DNA from: Syntrophales bacterium
GTDB taxonomy: Bacteria > Desulfobacterota > Syntrophia > Syntrophales > UBA4778
Assembly (NCBI GenBank): GCA_963665615.2
Contig: CAXXQE010000006.1
Location: 186,001-250,000, forward strand
Direction: 5' to 3'
DNA length: 64,000 bases
The translations under genes were made by a program, and so were the position numbers. Below, piece by piece: positions 30,764-41,297 of the stretch. Position 1 is the stretch's first letter. The number at the start of each line of letters is the position of its first letter. Under the pieces are notes generated by a model. It was not told where the DNA came from, did no database searches, and worked only from the letters and a program-made list of their open reading frames with translations.

Positions 30764-33058
30764 TTATGAAGCACTGCGGGGAATACGCTCGTCACCGGAT
30801 TCATGCCGCTGTTGTTCCTTACGGAATCTTCGAAGCTTGCTGCGGTCCCCTCTGAGCGGGATCGTCACGTGGACGATGGTCCCCCGCTCGGCAGCGCCCG
30901 ATATCTTCACCTTGCCTCCGAGATGATAGGCCCGCTCCTGGATTCCCAGCAGTCCGAACGACCTGGGCTTTGCCATCTGCGCTTCGGTAATCCCCCTGCC
31001 GTCGTCACGCACAGCAAGGGTCAGCTGGTTGCCGGAGGCCCGAAGACGAACCGAAACTTTGGAGGCTGCCGCGTGTTTCACAACATTGGTCAGGGTCTCC
31101 TGGAATATCCGAAAAATCGCTGTCGAAAGCTCTGCATTAAGTGCAATGTCTTCAGGTGAAATAGCGACCCGGCAGGCAATCCCCGTCCGGCGCTGAAACT
31201 CCTCGGCCTGCCATCCGATAGCGGCGGCAATTCCAAGGTGATCCAGCATGCTGGGCCGGAGATCTGTATAAATGCGCTTGACGGAATCCATCAGCATATC
31301 GACCAGCTTCCCCATGGACTGTGTTTTTTCCAGCATCGGATCGTGTCTCTTGGACAACTGCTGATTGAGCAGGATCAGATCGGTGTTGAGTGCCGTCAGG
31401 AGCTGACCCAGTTCATCGTGCAGTTCGCGCGCAATGTGCGTCCTTTCCTTTTCTCGCACCGATTCCAGATGAGCCGACAGCTGTCGAAGCTGTTCGTGGG
31501 ACCGTTCCAGCTCCAGTTCCGCGCGCTTGCGTGCCGTGATGTCCTCATAGGTGATCACGATTCCTCTGTCCTTGACGGTCCGCCCCATTCGGGCGGCGCG
31601 AATCATGCAATCGATCGCTGTGCCGTCCCTGCGACGACAGGGAAATTCCGTGGTAAAGGTTGGATGGGCTTCCAGCGCTGCCAAAAGCCGTTCAGAAAGC
31701 GTTTCCTCGTCGCGTGCGCTACGGCAAAAACACCCCAATGTCATGCCGATCAGATCGTCGGGATCCCAGTTAAAAACGCTCCGGACACCCTCATTGGCAA
31801 AGACGATCTTGCGATTGCGCAGGCCAATGACGGCATGGGGGATCGATTTCAGCAGGGAGGTCTCGAAGGCTTTCATGACGGCCATCTTATAGCGAAACTC
31901 CACCTGCTCGGTGATGTCCATAAAGTTGCATAGCACGGCCCGGGCGCCACCGTAGGGGATATAGGTCAACATTTCCATGACCCAGCGGATCTGCCCGGTT
32001 CTGGTCAAAAGCCTGAATTCGAAAGGCGCCGTCCGCTGCCCCATGAGCATCTCCCAGCCCATCCGTTCAGCGGCTTTGCGATCCTCGGGATAAATCATCT
32101 CCGCAATATCCATCCGGAGGAGTTCCTCCTTGCTGTAACCGAGCATCGTCGCCACATTCTGATTCACAAAGAGGAATTGCCCGCCCTGAAGAACGCAAAC
32201 CCCCAGCTGAGAGTGGTTCGCCATTGTTTCATAGGCCTCTTCCGCTTTTCTTCGGTCGGTAATATCCTCGTAGGTGATCACGATGCGGCGGTCGCGGAGA
32301 CTTTCGCCGATTCGCGAGGCGCTGATCATGCACGCCACATCGGAGCCGTCCTTGCGCCGACAGGTGAAGGGGGCCTTGAAGGTTCTCTGGCGCTCGAGCG
32401 TGTCATAGAGAATATGGGCGATGTCTTCATAGGCCTTTTCGGAGGGATACAAGAGGCGCGTGTTCTTTCCGATCACTTCCTTGGGCTTCCACCCGAAAAC
32501 GGTCTCAACACCGTCATTGGCAAATACGATGCGACGATTTCTCAATCCGATGACGGCGTGGGGGAAGGCATCCAGGATGGACGCCTCGAGGGCCTCAAGC
32601 TCTACGAGGCGGTTGCGGGCAGCCACCAGTTCGGTGATGTCCATAGACGTACCGAGCGCGGCCCGTCTGCCCTTGAACAGAATCGGCGTCACGGATTCGG
32701 CAAACCACCGGATCTCCCCGTTTTTTGAAATGGTCCTGACTTCATAGGAAGACGATCGCTTGCCTTTCAGCATGCTGATAGCGCTCTGCCGCACTTTCTC
32801 TCGATCGTCCGGATGAACAAAATCCAGAGACACCGCACCGCGCCTGTAGCCCCCGTGGGTCGACGCATGACGGCTCACGAAGACGAACTTGCCGTCCTGG
32901 ATAACATAGAAGTTTGCCTGGGAGTCGCTGCCGAGACTCTTATAAATCGCTTCGTCGAATTGTCGGACTTCGGACGGTGGCTTGACCCTCGACAATTCGC
33001 TGCGCAGAGTGGCTATTTCGCGAAGGAGTTCCGCTTTTGTCTTTCTGCTGTAATCCAT
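30764..33058 (-). CDS. Cytoplasmic multi-PAS histidine kinase (HisKA_3)
   Basis: Four PAS domains as two duplicated pairs; IARELHDELGQ H-box; DDGRG. Confidence 0.93.
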   Translation of the reverse strand: MDYSRKTKAELLREIATLRSELSRVKPPSEVRQFDEAIYKSLGSDSQANFYVIQDGKFVFVSRHASTHGGYRRGAVSLDFVHPDDREKVRQSAISMLKGKRSSSYEVRTISKNGEIRWFAESVTPILFKGRRAALGTSMDITELVAARNRLVELEALEASILDAFPHAVIGLRNRRIVFANDGVETVFGWKPKEVIGKNTRLLYPSEKAYEDIAHILYDTLERQRTFKAPFTCRRKDGSDVACMISASRIGESLRDRRIVITYEDITDRRKAEEAYETMANHSQLGVCVLQGGQFLFVNQNVATMLGYSKEELLRMDIAEMIYPEDRKAAERMGWEMLMGQRTAPFEFRLLTRTGQIRWVMEMLTYIPYGGARAVLCNFMDITEQVEFRYKMAVMKAFETSLLKSIPHAVIGLRNRKIVFANEGVRSVFNWDPDDLIGMTLGCFCRSARDEETLSERLLAALEAHPTFTTEFPCRRRDGTAIDCMIRAARMGRTVKDRGIVITYEDITARKRAELELERSHEQLRQLSAHLESVREKERTHIARELHDELGQLLTALNTDLILLNQQLSKRHDPMLEKTQSMGKLVDMLMDSVKRIYTDLRPSMLDHLGIAAAIGWQAEEFQRRTGIACRVAISPEDIALNAELSTAIFRIFQETLTNVVKHAAASKVSVRLRASGNQLTLAVRDDGRGITEAQMAKPRSFGLLGIQERAYHLGGKVKISGAAERGTIVHVTIPLRGDRSKLRRFRKEQQRHESGDERIPRSAS

Positions 33059-33330
33059 GCCGCATCAGATATCGGCAAACCTTCGCCGACCGGATAAAAG
33101 AGATACCGCACAATCAAAACCATTGCGCCGATTCGGAGCCAGTCTAGCCGAAACTGATCGATTTATCAAATAGAGTCATGCGACAAAACGAGATGCCGGA
33201 AATAGCAACCCCGTCGAAAGGCAAGATAAAAAGAGACAAGGCCGGAGATCCCTCTACCCGAAAAGGGGCGCATGAGATCTCCGACACAGTCTCTTGGTGA
33301 TGGTTGAGCTTGTTGCGCCTACTCGCCCAT

Positions 33331-33954
33331 TTATTTCCTGGCAGAAATGACAAAATGATCGTTGCGGTTCTTGGCCCAAGCCTCTTCCGTATGCCCCGGA
33401 TCGATTGGTTTTTCCTTGCCATAGCTGATTGTGGAGATTCTGCCTTGATCGACGCCTAAACTGATCAAATAGGCTTTGGCAGCATCGGCCCGTCTCTGTC
33501 CAAGCGCCAAGTTGTACTCGACCGTCCCGCGCTCGTCGCAGTTGCCTTCGATCGAGAGCGCCATATTCGGAGTCGATTCAAATTTATCGGCAAGCTGCTT
33601 TAAAATCGCGCGAGAGGCCTCCGTTAACTCGCTCTTGTCAAAGTCAAAATATATGTAGGCCAGCTTCGCCATCGCGGCCGCCTCGGCCGCCGCTCGATCT
33701 TTCAGCGCCTGCTCTCTTTGCGCTTGTTCTCTTTCCGCTCTCAATCTTTCCTGTTCACGGATGTCCGCCTCTCGCAGCGCCCGGTCCTTGGTCTCTTTCT
33801 CCGCATCCGTCTCCGCTACCTCTTTCTGTTCCGCAATAACAGCCGGTTCAGTTGTTGTTTCGCTTACAACCGCCTTGTGAGCGCAGCCAACCATGATCCA
33901 TACGGCGGACGCCAGCAACATGCTTGCTGCTATAGACAACCTACGGTCATGCAT
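33331..33954 (-). CDS. pal: Peptidoglycan-associated lipoprotein (OmpA family)
   Basis: Lipobox MVGC, YFDFDKS, EGNCDERGTVEYNLALGQRRA, SYGKEKP. Confidence 0.9.
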   Translation of the reverse strand: MHDRRLSIAASMLLASAVWIMVGCAHKAVVSETTTEPAVIAEQKEVAETDAEKETKDRALREADIREQERLRAEREQAQREQALKDRAAAEAAAMAKLAYIYFDFDKSELTEASRAILKQLADKFESTPNMALSIEGNCDERGTVEYNLALGQRRADAAKAYLISLGVDQGRISTISYGKEKPIDPGHTEEAWAKNRNDHFVISARK

Positions 33955-33993
33955 GGTGATTCTCCTTTTTACGCGATTTCATTTGCGCACAGG

Positions 33994-34383
33994 TTATTTT
34001 TTATTATGTCCCTGATACATTTTACTGTGCCAGACCAGCTTCGATCCCATGTAAATCTCTTCAGCCCATATGGAGTTTCGTTTTTTGTCTACATACCCGA
34101 CGACTTTGACATCCGAATTGATCAGCCGGGCAAGCACCCCTTCTTTGACATTTGGAATGACATAATAGTCGCCGTTTTTGGCATTGACGAGCAGGACGAA
34201 TGTTTGCTCGGCGGCAGCCTCCTCACTCTCGTGTCCGATGGGGCATACCTTGTTTTGCATAACGCACTCGAACCCCTGAATGGACCCCATGAGGGTCTCC
34301 ATTTTCTCTGCTTTAGCCGCGATCGGCCCGCACAGAATAACGATACCTGCAAAAAGCAGCACCCACAGAAATATCTTCTTCAT
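33994..34383 (-). CDS. Small secreted hypothetical protein
   Basis: AGGAG RBS, MKKIF signal peptide with AKA cleavage site, Cys pair. Confidence 0.7.
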   Translation of the reverse strand: MKKIFLWVLLFAGIVILCGPIAAKAEKMETLMGSIQGFECVMQNKVCPIGHESEEAAAEQTFVLLVNAKNGDYYVIPNVKEGVLARLINSDVKVVGYVDKKRNSIWAEEIYMGSKLVWHSKMYQGHNKK

Positions 34384-34507
34384 GTTCTTCTCCTTTCGAA
34401 TGCCCTGTGACTTGATGTGTTCATCGCCATGCGAAGACCGGTAGACAGATTGTACCTCCTTTCTGATCTTATATGCTTTGTTTACTAACACTAAGCCATA
34501 GCCTCTA

Positions 34508-34547
34508 CTATCGGGAAATTCCTTATTGAACCCTCGAAAAACCTGAT
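34508..34547 (-). promoter_or_regulatory. 40-bp tandem operator motif, copy 1
   Basis: Minus strand reads ATCAGGTTTTTCGAGGGTTCAATAAGGAATTTCCCGATAG; gapless match to 37730 and 42181. Confidence 0.75.
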
Positions 34548-34635
34548 AGGCATTGAATGGATATCGCCAAGTTCTTCTTTTCGGAAGGCAGGCAATGCTC
34601 AAGACGTGTGGAAAACAAGAGAGAGTGAAACAGAA

Positions 34636-37563
34636 TTAAAGCGGAAGAGAAAAATGAAAGGTCGCACCGACGCCCACTTCGCCTTCGGCCCAGATCCGCC
34701 CGCCGTGTTTATGGATAATGCGTTGTGCGATAGCCAGACCGACGCCCGTTCCTTCGAATTCAGTCTGACTGTGAAGACGGCGGAAGACCCCGAAGAGTTT
34801 GTCATAGCGCGTCATGTCAAATCCGACGCCGTTGTCTTTCACGTTGAATGCAACGGCGTTGTCGTCCTTGGCAGACCAGATTTCGATGACGGCGGGGTTG
34901 CGGTCGCGGGAGTATTTCAGGGCGTTGGAAAGAAGGTTCAGGACAACCTGTTTGATCAATGCTCTGTCACCGCGGATGTCATGCAGTTCACCCAATCGAA
35001 GCGAGACGTTTGTGGCGGAAGCGGATTCATGAAGTTCTTCCCATGCCTCGCTGAAGAGTCTTGTCATGTCAAGCCGGACCGGACTGACGGCTTGTTGCCC
35101 CAAGCGGGCAAGGTTGAGGAGATTGTCAATGAGCTGATCCATCTTTTGAGCATTTTCATGGATGACGCTCAACTTTCGCCTGGATTCGCCATCTAGCGTT
35201 GCACTCAGATCCCTGAGCAGAATGCTTGAAAAACCGTTGATCGACCGCAGCGGCGCCCGCAGATCGTGGGATACAGAATAACTGAAACTCTCCAGTTCCC
35301 GGTTGGCCGCCTCCAGTGCGGTGGTTTGCTCCCTCAGAGCTGTTTCGGTCTGCTTCGCTCTGGTGATATCACGGGCGACGTGGACGGAACCGATGGGCGC
35401 ACCTTCGTCGTCGCTGAAGAGCGGCGTCGAACTCACCAGGAAATAACTCTCCAGGGAGGGTTCATACACCTCGGCGACATGCTGCCGTTTGTCTTTAAGC
35501 GCCTCTGCGTGGGGACAGAAATCCGGAGGCCGATCAAGGCCGTGTATCAACCTGTGGCAGTCTTTTCCGATGCACTGCGCCGGATGCAGATTGAGTCGCT
35601 CGGCCATGGCCCGGTTGGCGCGCAAAATGGTATGATTTTTATCCAGTATGGCGATCAGATCAGGCACGGCGTCGAACGTTTTCTCCCATTCCCTTTTGGC
35701 CTGAGAGACGGCCTCCTGAATCTGTTTGCGATACAATGCCACGGAAACACGCTCGGCCACGATCCGCATGACTTCCACTTCATCCTCGGTAAAGCGATCG
35801 CGCGTTGTCGTCCCGAAGGAAAGCGTGCCAATGAGGTTCTTCTGCGCAATCAGCGGATGACAGCAATACGCCCGCACGCCATACGATTGGATCAATTCCG
35901 TACGAACGTCGTTGATACAAGGAATATCCTCCGCAATGATCCGCTGGCGGGTCTGCGCCACGGTACCGCAAACGGCCGCCCCGTAATCCAGCCACTCGAT
36001 CGAGGCTTTCTCTTCATCGGAGATGCCGAACCACGCGTTAAGTCGCAACTTCTTTGACTGCTTGCTTTCGATAAAATTGAAAAAAACTTGACAGCCGAGG
36101 TACGCCATAACGTTTTTGCACAGATCCGGCAAAATGGCTTGTGGGTCGTCGGCATCCAACAGGCTTTCGGCTGTCGTCGATATCAGACGTTGCCTCGCCT
36201 CGCTTCGGTGCAGCGCCTCCTCGAGCTTTTTGCGTTCCGTAATATCCACCAGCGCATGAACCGCGCCGCGAGCCTTGCCTTGATCGTCCTTCAGAGGGGT
36301 GCCATATCCCACTACATCTTTGATCGTACCGTCGTTAAAAATGAGTCTAAGCTCGAAGTCTCTTACCTCCTCGCCCTTCGCCGCCCGTTGGGCGGGCAAT
36401 TCATCGAGCGTCAATTCTCGTTGGTCCTTGATCGCCTTGAAATGCCGGGGCCTGAGCTCTGGCGGCGCAGACAGGGAGGTTTCGGACCCCTTGGGCTGTT
36501 TCAATAACGCATCGGCGGCTCGGTTGCCCGTCATGTGGCGGGATTCGGAATCGTGGACGAGAATCACCGGTATCGGCACGGCATCGAGGATAACGGTCAA
36601 TTCTTCGGCCCGCTGGCGCTCTCGAAGTTCGCTTTCTTGCAGCAATTGCTCCGCGCGCTTGCGTTCGGCAATCTCCTGCCGGAGATCTTGATTGATGCGG
36701 TCCAGCTGTTGAACCTTCTCATCAAGGACCGCCTCGCTCTGTTTCAGCTGGCGGTAAAAAATGGTCTGCGGCTTGGAGATGCCGGTCTCAACAAACGCAA
36801 GGTAGGCCAGAAAGAACGATAAAATCTGGAATAAATGACCTACGGCATTGGTTGTATCAAACGGATCCTTGTAATGGCTGAGTGTCAATCCCGCGACAAT
36901 GGATAGCGCGATCGACAGGATAATGAGTTGAAGCACCTTGGGATCGAACAACCGACGATTCACGAACAATAAAAAAATCGCAACGGTCAGCATGCCGCAG
37001 ACAACATAGTCGCTAACGATTTTGAACGGTGTCAGCCCCACGCCCTCGACAATGCACACCGGAAAGATTCGCCAATAGAAAATCGACAGCAGGACGAGTA
37101 GAACGACAGCCGAATAGACCGCAAACATCGGCGCGGTATTCAACCTGCGTCTAATGAACAGTGGGGCGATCATCAAGGAAATGCCAAGAAGATATCTGCC
37201 CGCAATATAGAAGGTGGGGCCGAGATTGCCATAACCGATAAAGATGCCCATCCCTTTGTTGCCCAGCAAGTGCATGATCTTAAAGAAGGCAATAAAGAGA
37301 AAGGCAATGCCTGCATATAAAAAATAACCGTTATCCAGGAGGCGACGTGCATTCCAGATGATAACGAAGATACTGCAAGCAATGACTGCAGACAGGCAGT
37401 CAACGAGGGCATGAAAAAGAGGAAAGTTGAATCGGCTGAGCGCAAAGAGAACGGCCAGGAATGATGCCAAAAAAACAGCTCTCGTGACTGTAAAGTTTGC
37501 ACGATTTTCTGTATGGCGATCAGGGCTCATGATAGGCAATCCCGTTTTGGAGCGCACGAGCAA
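34636..37563 (-). CDS. MASE3-PAS-GAF-PAS sensor histidine kinase
   Basis: Multi-TM N-terminus (FPLFH...G.GLTPFKI.SDY), GAF, PAS, SVSHDLRAPL H-box. Start uncertain (alternative 37530). Confidence 0.9.
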   Translation of the reverse strand: MLVRSKTGLPIMSPDRHTENRANFTVTRAVFLASFLAVLFALSRFNFPLFHALVDCLSAVIACSIFVIIWNARRLLDNGYFLYAGIAFLFIAFFKIMHLLGNKGMGIFIGYGNLGPTFYIAGRYLLGISLMIAPLFIRRRLNTAPMFAVYSAVVLLVLLSIFYWRIFPVCIVEGVGLTPFKIVSDYVVCGMLTVAIFLLFVNRRLFDPKVLQLIILSIALSIVAGLTLSHYKDPFDTTNAVGHLFQILSFFLAYLAFVETGISKPQTIFYRQLKQSEAVLDEKVQQLDRINQDLRQEIAERKRAEQLLQESELRERQRAEELTVILDAVPIPVILVHDSESRHMTGNRAADALLKQPKGSETSLSAPPELRPRHFKAIKDQRELTLDELPAQRAAKGEEVRDFELRLIFNDGTIKDVVGYGTPLKDDQGKARGAVHALVDITERKKLEEALHRSEARQRLISTTAESLLDADDPQAILPDLCKNVMAYLGCQVFFNFIESKQSKKLRLNAWFGISDEEKASIEWLDYGAAVCGTVAQTRQRIIAEDIPCINDVRTELIQSYGVRAYCCHPLIAQKNLIGTLSFGTTTRDRFTEDEVEVMRIVAERVSVALYRKQIQEAVSQAKREWEKTFDAVPDLIAILDKNHTILRANRAMAERLNLHPAQCIGKDCHRLIHGLDRPPDFCPHAEALKDKRQHVAEVYEPSLESYFLVSSTPLFSDDEGAPIGSVHVARDITRAKQTETALREQTTALEAANRELESFSYSVSHDLRAPLRSINGFSSILLRDLSATLDGESRRKLSVIHENAQKMDQLIDNLLNLARLGQQAVSPVRLDMTRLFSEAWEELHESASATNVSLRLGELHDIRGDRALIKQVVLNLLSNALKYSRDRNPAVIEIWSAKDDNAVAFNVKDNGVGFDMTRYDKLFGVFRRLHSQTEFEGTGVGLAIAQRIIHKHGGRIWAEGEVGVGATFHFSLPL

Positions 37564-37729
37564 GTTGCACCAAAGGATAAGCTAACCGGCATGTCAACAG
37601 ATTCGGCAACACCCAAGGCAATTCTTATCCCATATTTCATATTTTCGGTCAAGGCACCACATCGATATGCTGCCAGTGGAGGCATCGACTCCCCGCCTTC
37701 TGCATTGTATTGCTCGGGTGGCGGTGCCG

Positions 37730-37769
37730 ATAGGGAATTTCGAGGCATCAATAGGGAATTTCCTGATAG
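37730..37769 (+). promoter_or_regulatory. 40-bp tandem operator motif, copy 2
   Basis: ATAGGGAATTTCGAGGCATCAATAGGGAATTTCCTGATAG. Confidence 0.75.
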
Positions 37770-37873
37770 CACCCCCAGTCCGTTAGGAATAATTTACCAG
37801 AAAATGCTGCCGTATCGCTTTGCACGGGAGGACGCAGCATAGTTGTAATCGCTATCGCCCAGGGGAACCTTAC

Positions 37874-39406
37874 ATGACCGTTCGAAAACCAAGGAAGCGC
37901 GTCAAGACGCCCGTTCTTCTTGTCAGCCCGGAAACGGGTCGGCTGCCGCCTGATATGGGTACGATTGCCCGGTTCATTTCCGGGAAAAGCGGTGGATTGG
38001 GGGAAGTCATTACCGCCCTTTGCGAAGGCCTGGCGGCAAGGGGCATAGACTGCCACCTGGCAACGCTGAATCTCAAAAGGAGATTTCAACGGGAATCCAG
38101 TCTGGACGAGAATCAATGGCAGGAGTTATGCCACAAAGTCGCTCCTGACAAGATTCATTTGATCAGTTCCGCAATATTCGCCGATTTGCTGAGCCCCTAT
38201 TCGGGCAATCCCCTGCTCAATGCCGTCGAGTTCCAAAGGCAGATGATTAACCACGTCATCAAAGGGATTCGTACGCAGTATGAGGGACGTCTGATTTTGC
38301 ACACCCATGACTGGATGGCGGGCGGTGCCGTTTCCGCCTATGCAAAATCGCGGGGCTGTCCCGTTCTTCATACTATTCATAATGTCCACACGGCGGATAT
38401 CCCGCTTGACATGTATTCCGGAGTCGATATGGGACAACTCTCATCCTATCTATACCGCTCTCAGAATCACGGGGGAGCCTATCTGGACAGTCAGGCAACC
38501 GCCATCAAGAATGCCTCGTTGATCAATTTTGTCGGGGAACAATTCCTGCGAGAGATTATGAACGACTATTTCCTGGACCGTTCCATCATTCCCCACGGCA
38601 TCCGTCAGGAGGTCAAAGCGAAACATCAATACGGTTCGACCCTTTCCATCATTAACGCGCCGTCCATGAGCATGTATCCGGAAAACTGCCCGCATCTTTT
38701 ATGCCGGTATGGTCCCGAAGAAGATATCCTTCGAGCGAAACGGGACAATCGGTTGGCGTTTCAGCAAAGAATGGGGCTCCAGGCCGATCCGGACGCCATT
38801 GTGCTTTTCTGGCCGTCCCGGCTCGATCCCGCGCAGAAGGGTGTGGAGATTCTAGAGGACATCGCGCTCAAATTTGTGATTGCACATGGGGACGTTCAGA
38901 TCGCCGTCGTCGGGAATGGGATCGGGCACGATAAAACCCATGAAGAGATATTGGGAAGAATCTCCTGCGCCTCCGGAGGGAAGATCGCTTTCCAACCTTT
39001 TGACGAGAGTCTGGCGATGCTCGGCTATGCCGCGGCAAGCGACGTATTCGGCGTCTCGCTCTACGAACCCTGCGGTCAAATCGATCAGATCGGCAACATT
39101 TTCGGCGCCACGGCAACCAACCGTGACACAGGGGGCTATCACGACAAAATCCGGGAATTGTCTCTACCGGAAGATGAATCCTCTGGCGGACAGGGCAACG
39201 GCTTTCTCTTTACAAATTACGATTCCGGCGGCCTGTGGTACGGGCTCGAAAAAAGCGTTCGCTTTCACCGCAGACGCCCGGAAATCAGGCAACGCGAGAT
39301 TCAGCGCATCATGAGAGAAACTCGAGATAAATACAGTCTGGATAGAATGATAGACAAATATGTTCAGGTATATGAGACGCTCAATGGCGGGGTGCCTCTG
39401 GCATAG
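37874..39406 (+). CDS. Glycogen/starch synthase-like glycosyltransferase (GT5)
   Basis: KSGGLG (KxGGL), HTHDWM, HTIHN, SRL...QKG, YEPCG and DTGG motifs. Confidence 0.85.
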   Translation: MTVRKPRKRVKTPVLLVSPETGRLPPDMGTIARFISGKSGGLGEVITALCEGLAARGIDCHLATLNLKRRFQRESSLDENQWQELCHKVAPDKIHLISSAIFADLLSPYSGNPLLNAVEFQRQMINHVIKGIRTQYEGRLILHTHDWMAGGAVSAYAKSRGCPVLHTIHNVHTADIPLDMYSGVDMGQLSSYLYRSQNHGGAYLDSQATAIKNASLINFVGEQFLREIMNDYFLDRSIIPHGIRQEVKAKHQYGSTLSIINAPSMSMYPENCPHLLCRYGPEEDILRAKRDNRLAFQQRMGLQADPDAIVLFWPSRLDPAQKGVEILEDIALKFVIAHGDVQIAVVGNGIGHDKTHEEILGRISCASGGKIAFQPFDESLAMLGYAAASDVFGVSLYEPCGQIDQIGNIFGATATNRDTGGYHDKIRELSLPEDESSGGQGNGFLFTNYDSGGLWYGLEKSVRFHRRRPEIRQREIQRIMRETRDKYSLDRMIDKYVQVYETLNGGVPLA

Positions 39407-39424
39407 AAGCGCCGGCTGATCATC

Positions 39425-39542
39425 TGAATTCTTCAGCAAGCGCATTCCCCGCTGCTTGCGCCGGGGTAAGCGAGCGAATCAGAACCAAGTATCTACCTTG
39501 GGAATCGGAGATTCGCCGGCGCTTGCTCCGGTGAGTCTTCAA
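39425..39542 (-). repeat. 118-bp twin-hairpin repeat, copy 7
   Basis: TGAATTC...GTCTTCAA; close reverse complement of copy 10. Confidence 0.92.
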
Positions 39543-39707
39543 TCAGTGAAACAATATTTCTTGCAGCATTGGCATCAACAGGTAGAATATTACGTCGGCG
39601 TTTCTACCAATCGACGCAGAGAGAGGCGTACAGAAAAAAATTCTTCCGCACGCTACAGTTAAAGCATCTGTCGGATGGCTTGGGTGGCCTGAAACCTTGA
39701 GGCAGAC

Positions 39708-41249
39708 ATGGAGCGTTCATTGAATCAAACGGATGAAACAGATCGGAAACTCAAGATTCTGATTCTGGAAGACAATCCCGTCCATGCCGAACTTCTGGAA
39801 GACGATCTCAGGACAGCGGGGTTCGCCTTCTCCGCGAAGCGCGTTGAAACTGCCAATGCCTTCCGCGAAGCGCTCGTTCGCTATGCCCCTGATCTTATTC
39901 TTTCCGATTATGACCTTCCCGGCTTCAACGGGATGCGGGCGCTGCAAATGGCAAAGGATCTTTGTCCCGGCATTCCTTTTATTCTCGTTACAGGAGCGAT
40001 CGGCGAAGAGAAAGCCATCGATATCCTGACAAGCGGTGCAACCGATTATGTTTTAAAAAACAGGATGAGCCGGTTCGTTCCCGCAGTGCAGAGGGCCATG
40101 AAGGAAGTCAAGGAGCGCAAGGAGCGGGAAAAAGCGGAGTGGAGCTTTAAAGTGCTGGTCGAGCAGATCCCCGCGGTGACTTACAGAATCCGGCCATCGG
40201 ACCGCTCGATGAAATATTCCTATCTGTATGTAAGTCCTCAGAGCGAGTCCGCGCTCGGCATACCGCCGTCCGAACTTTTGGCTAATCCCGACCTGCTCAT
40301 CAACAGGATTCATCGGGCCGACAGGGCGTCAGTCATCGACGAAATGAGTCGCAGTCTGTTGGAAGAGAGGACCTTCAGCGCCGAATACCGTGTTCTCCAT
40401 CCCGACGGGAGGACGGTGTGGGTCCACGATGAGGCCGCGCTGCTAAGGGATGAATCAGGCGTTGCGCTTTATTACCAGGGCATTCTCAGAGACATCACCC
40501 CCAGAAAGCAAGCAGAAGAGGCGCTTCGGCGAGCGCACGACACCCTGGAACAACGCGTCAAAGAGCGCACAGAAGAACTGGAAGCGTTTACGTCTTCTGT
40601 TTCACACGATCTGCGCGGTCCGCTCTGGATGCTGGACAACTATATTCAGATGCTGACGGATGACTATAGCGGCCGCATGGAACCCGATCTCGAAGGTCGT
40701 ATTGAAACCATACAAAAGACCGTCAACCAGATGGACCGGCTTATTGAAGATCTGCTTTCTCTTTCGCGCGTGGACAAAGCGGAACTCGCGATTGCACCGA
40801 TCGATTTCAGGGAAATCGTCTTTGATGCCTGGCGGGAGATCTGCGATCTGAATCCTTCAGAAAAAATTTGCTTGACCGTCAAAGATCTGCCTGCTGCGCA
40901 GGGTGATCGCAATCTCATCCGACAGGCCATTTACAATCTTCTGTCGAATGCCGCCAAGTTTTCCGGATGCGGGCAACACCCCGTCATCGAGGTTGGCGGA
41001 CATGCGGAAGGAAACCACAGCGTCGTCTATATACGGGACAACGGCGTGGGATTCGATATGAAAGACTATGACAAGCTGTTCACGTTATTTCAGCGACTTC
41101 ACGGATCGGCCTTCGAAGGGACCGGCGTCGGACTTGCCATTGTTCATCGCATCGTCAGGCGACACGGCGGAACGATCAAGGCTGAAGCGAAGGTCAACGA
41201 AGGGGCGACCTTTACCATCAGCATTCCGACGGTGCAGCCTACCCGATAG
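39708..41249 (+). CDS. REC-PAS-histidine kinase
   Basis: N-terminal receiver (LED, SDYDLPG), PAS, SVSHDLRGPL, HATPase boxes. Confidence 0.92.
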   Translation: MERSLNQTDETDRKLKILILEDNPVHAELLEDDLRTAGFAFSAKRVETANAFREALVRYAPDLILSDYDLPGFNGMRALQMAKDLCPGIPFILVTGAIGEEKAIDILTSGATDYVLKNRMSRFVPAVQRAMKEVKERKEREKAEWSFKVLVEQIPAVTYRIRPSDRSMKYSYLYVSPQSESALGIPPSELLANPDLLINRIHRADRASVIDEMSRSLLEERTFSAEYRVLHPDGRTVWVHDEAALLRDESGVALYYQGILRDITPRKQAEEALRRAHDTLEQRVKERTEELEAFTSSVSHDLRGPLWMLDNYIQMLTDDYSGRMEPDLEGRIETIQKTVNQMDRLIEDLLSLSRVDKAELAIAPIDFREIVFDAWREICDLNPSEKICLTVKDLPAAQGDRNLIRQAIYNLLSNAAKFSGCGQHPVIEVGGHAEGNHSVVYIRDNGVGFDMKDYDKLFTLFQRLHGSAFEGTGVGLAIVHRIVRRHGGTIKAEAKVNEGATFTISIPTVQPTR

Positions 41250-41297
41250 AAAGTGCCGACGCTGCATCTTGCTTGCCTCATCGGAGATAGAGACTGC

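Noticed and set aside
33069..33095. Second sigma28 -10 box (GCCGATAT) before the PAS kinase
   Set aside because: No TAAA-like -35 at the 15-nt spacing, and only about 10 nt from the ATG.
33200..33280. c-di-GMP-I (GEMM) riboswitch-like GCAAC..GTC-GAAA-GGC
   Set aside because: The stem does not extend, the GCAAAGC/P3 elements are missing, and there is no plus-strand gene downstream.
39456..39662. ORF MRRGKRANQ...LGIGDSP..APVSLQ and its look-alike at 55308-55607
   Set aside because: Both are translations of the 118-bp repeat (copies 7 and 10). The frame is not kept in other copies and there is no RBS.
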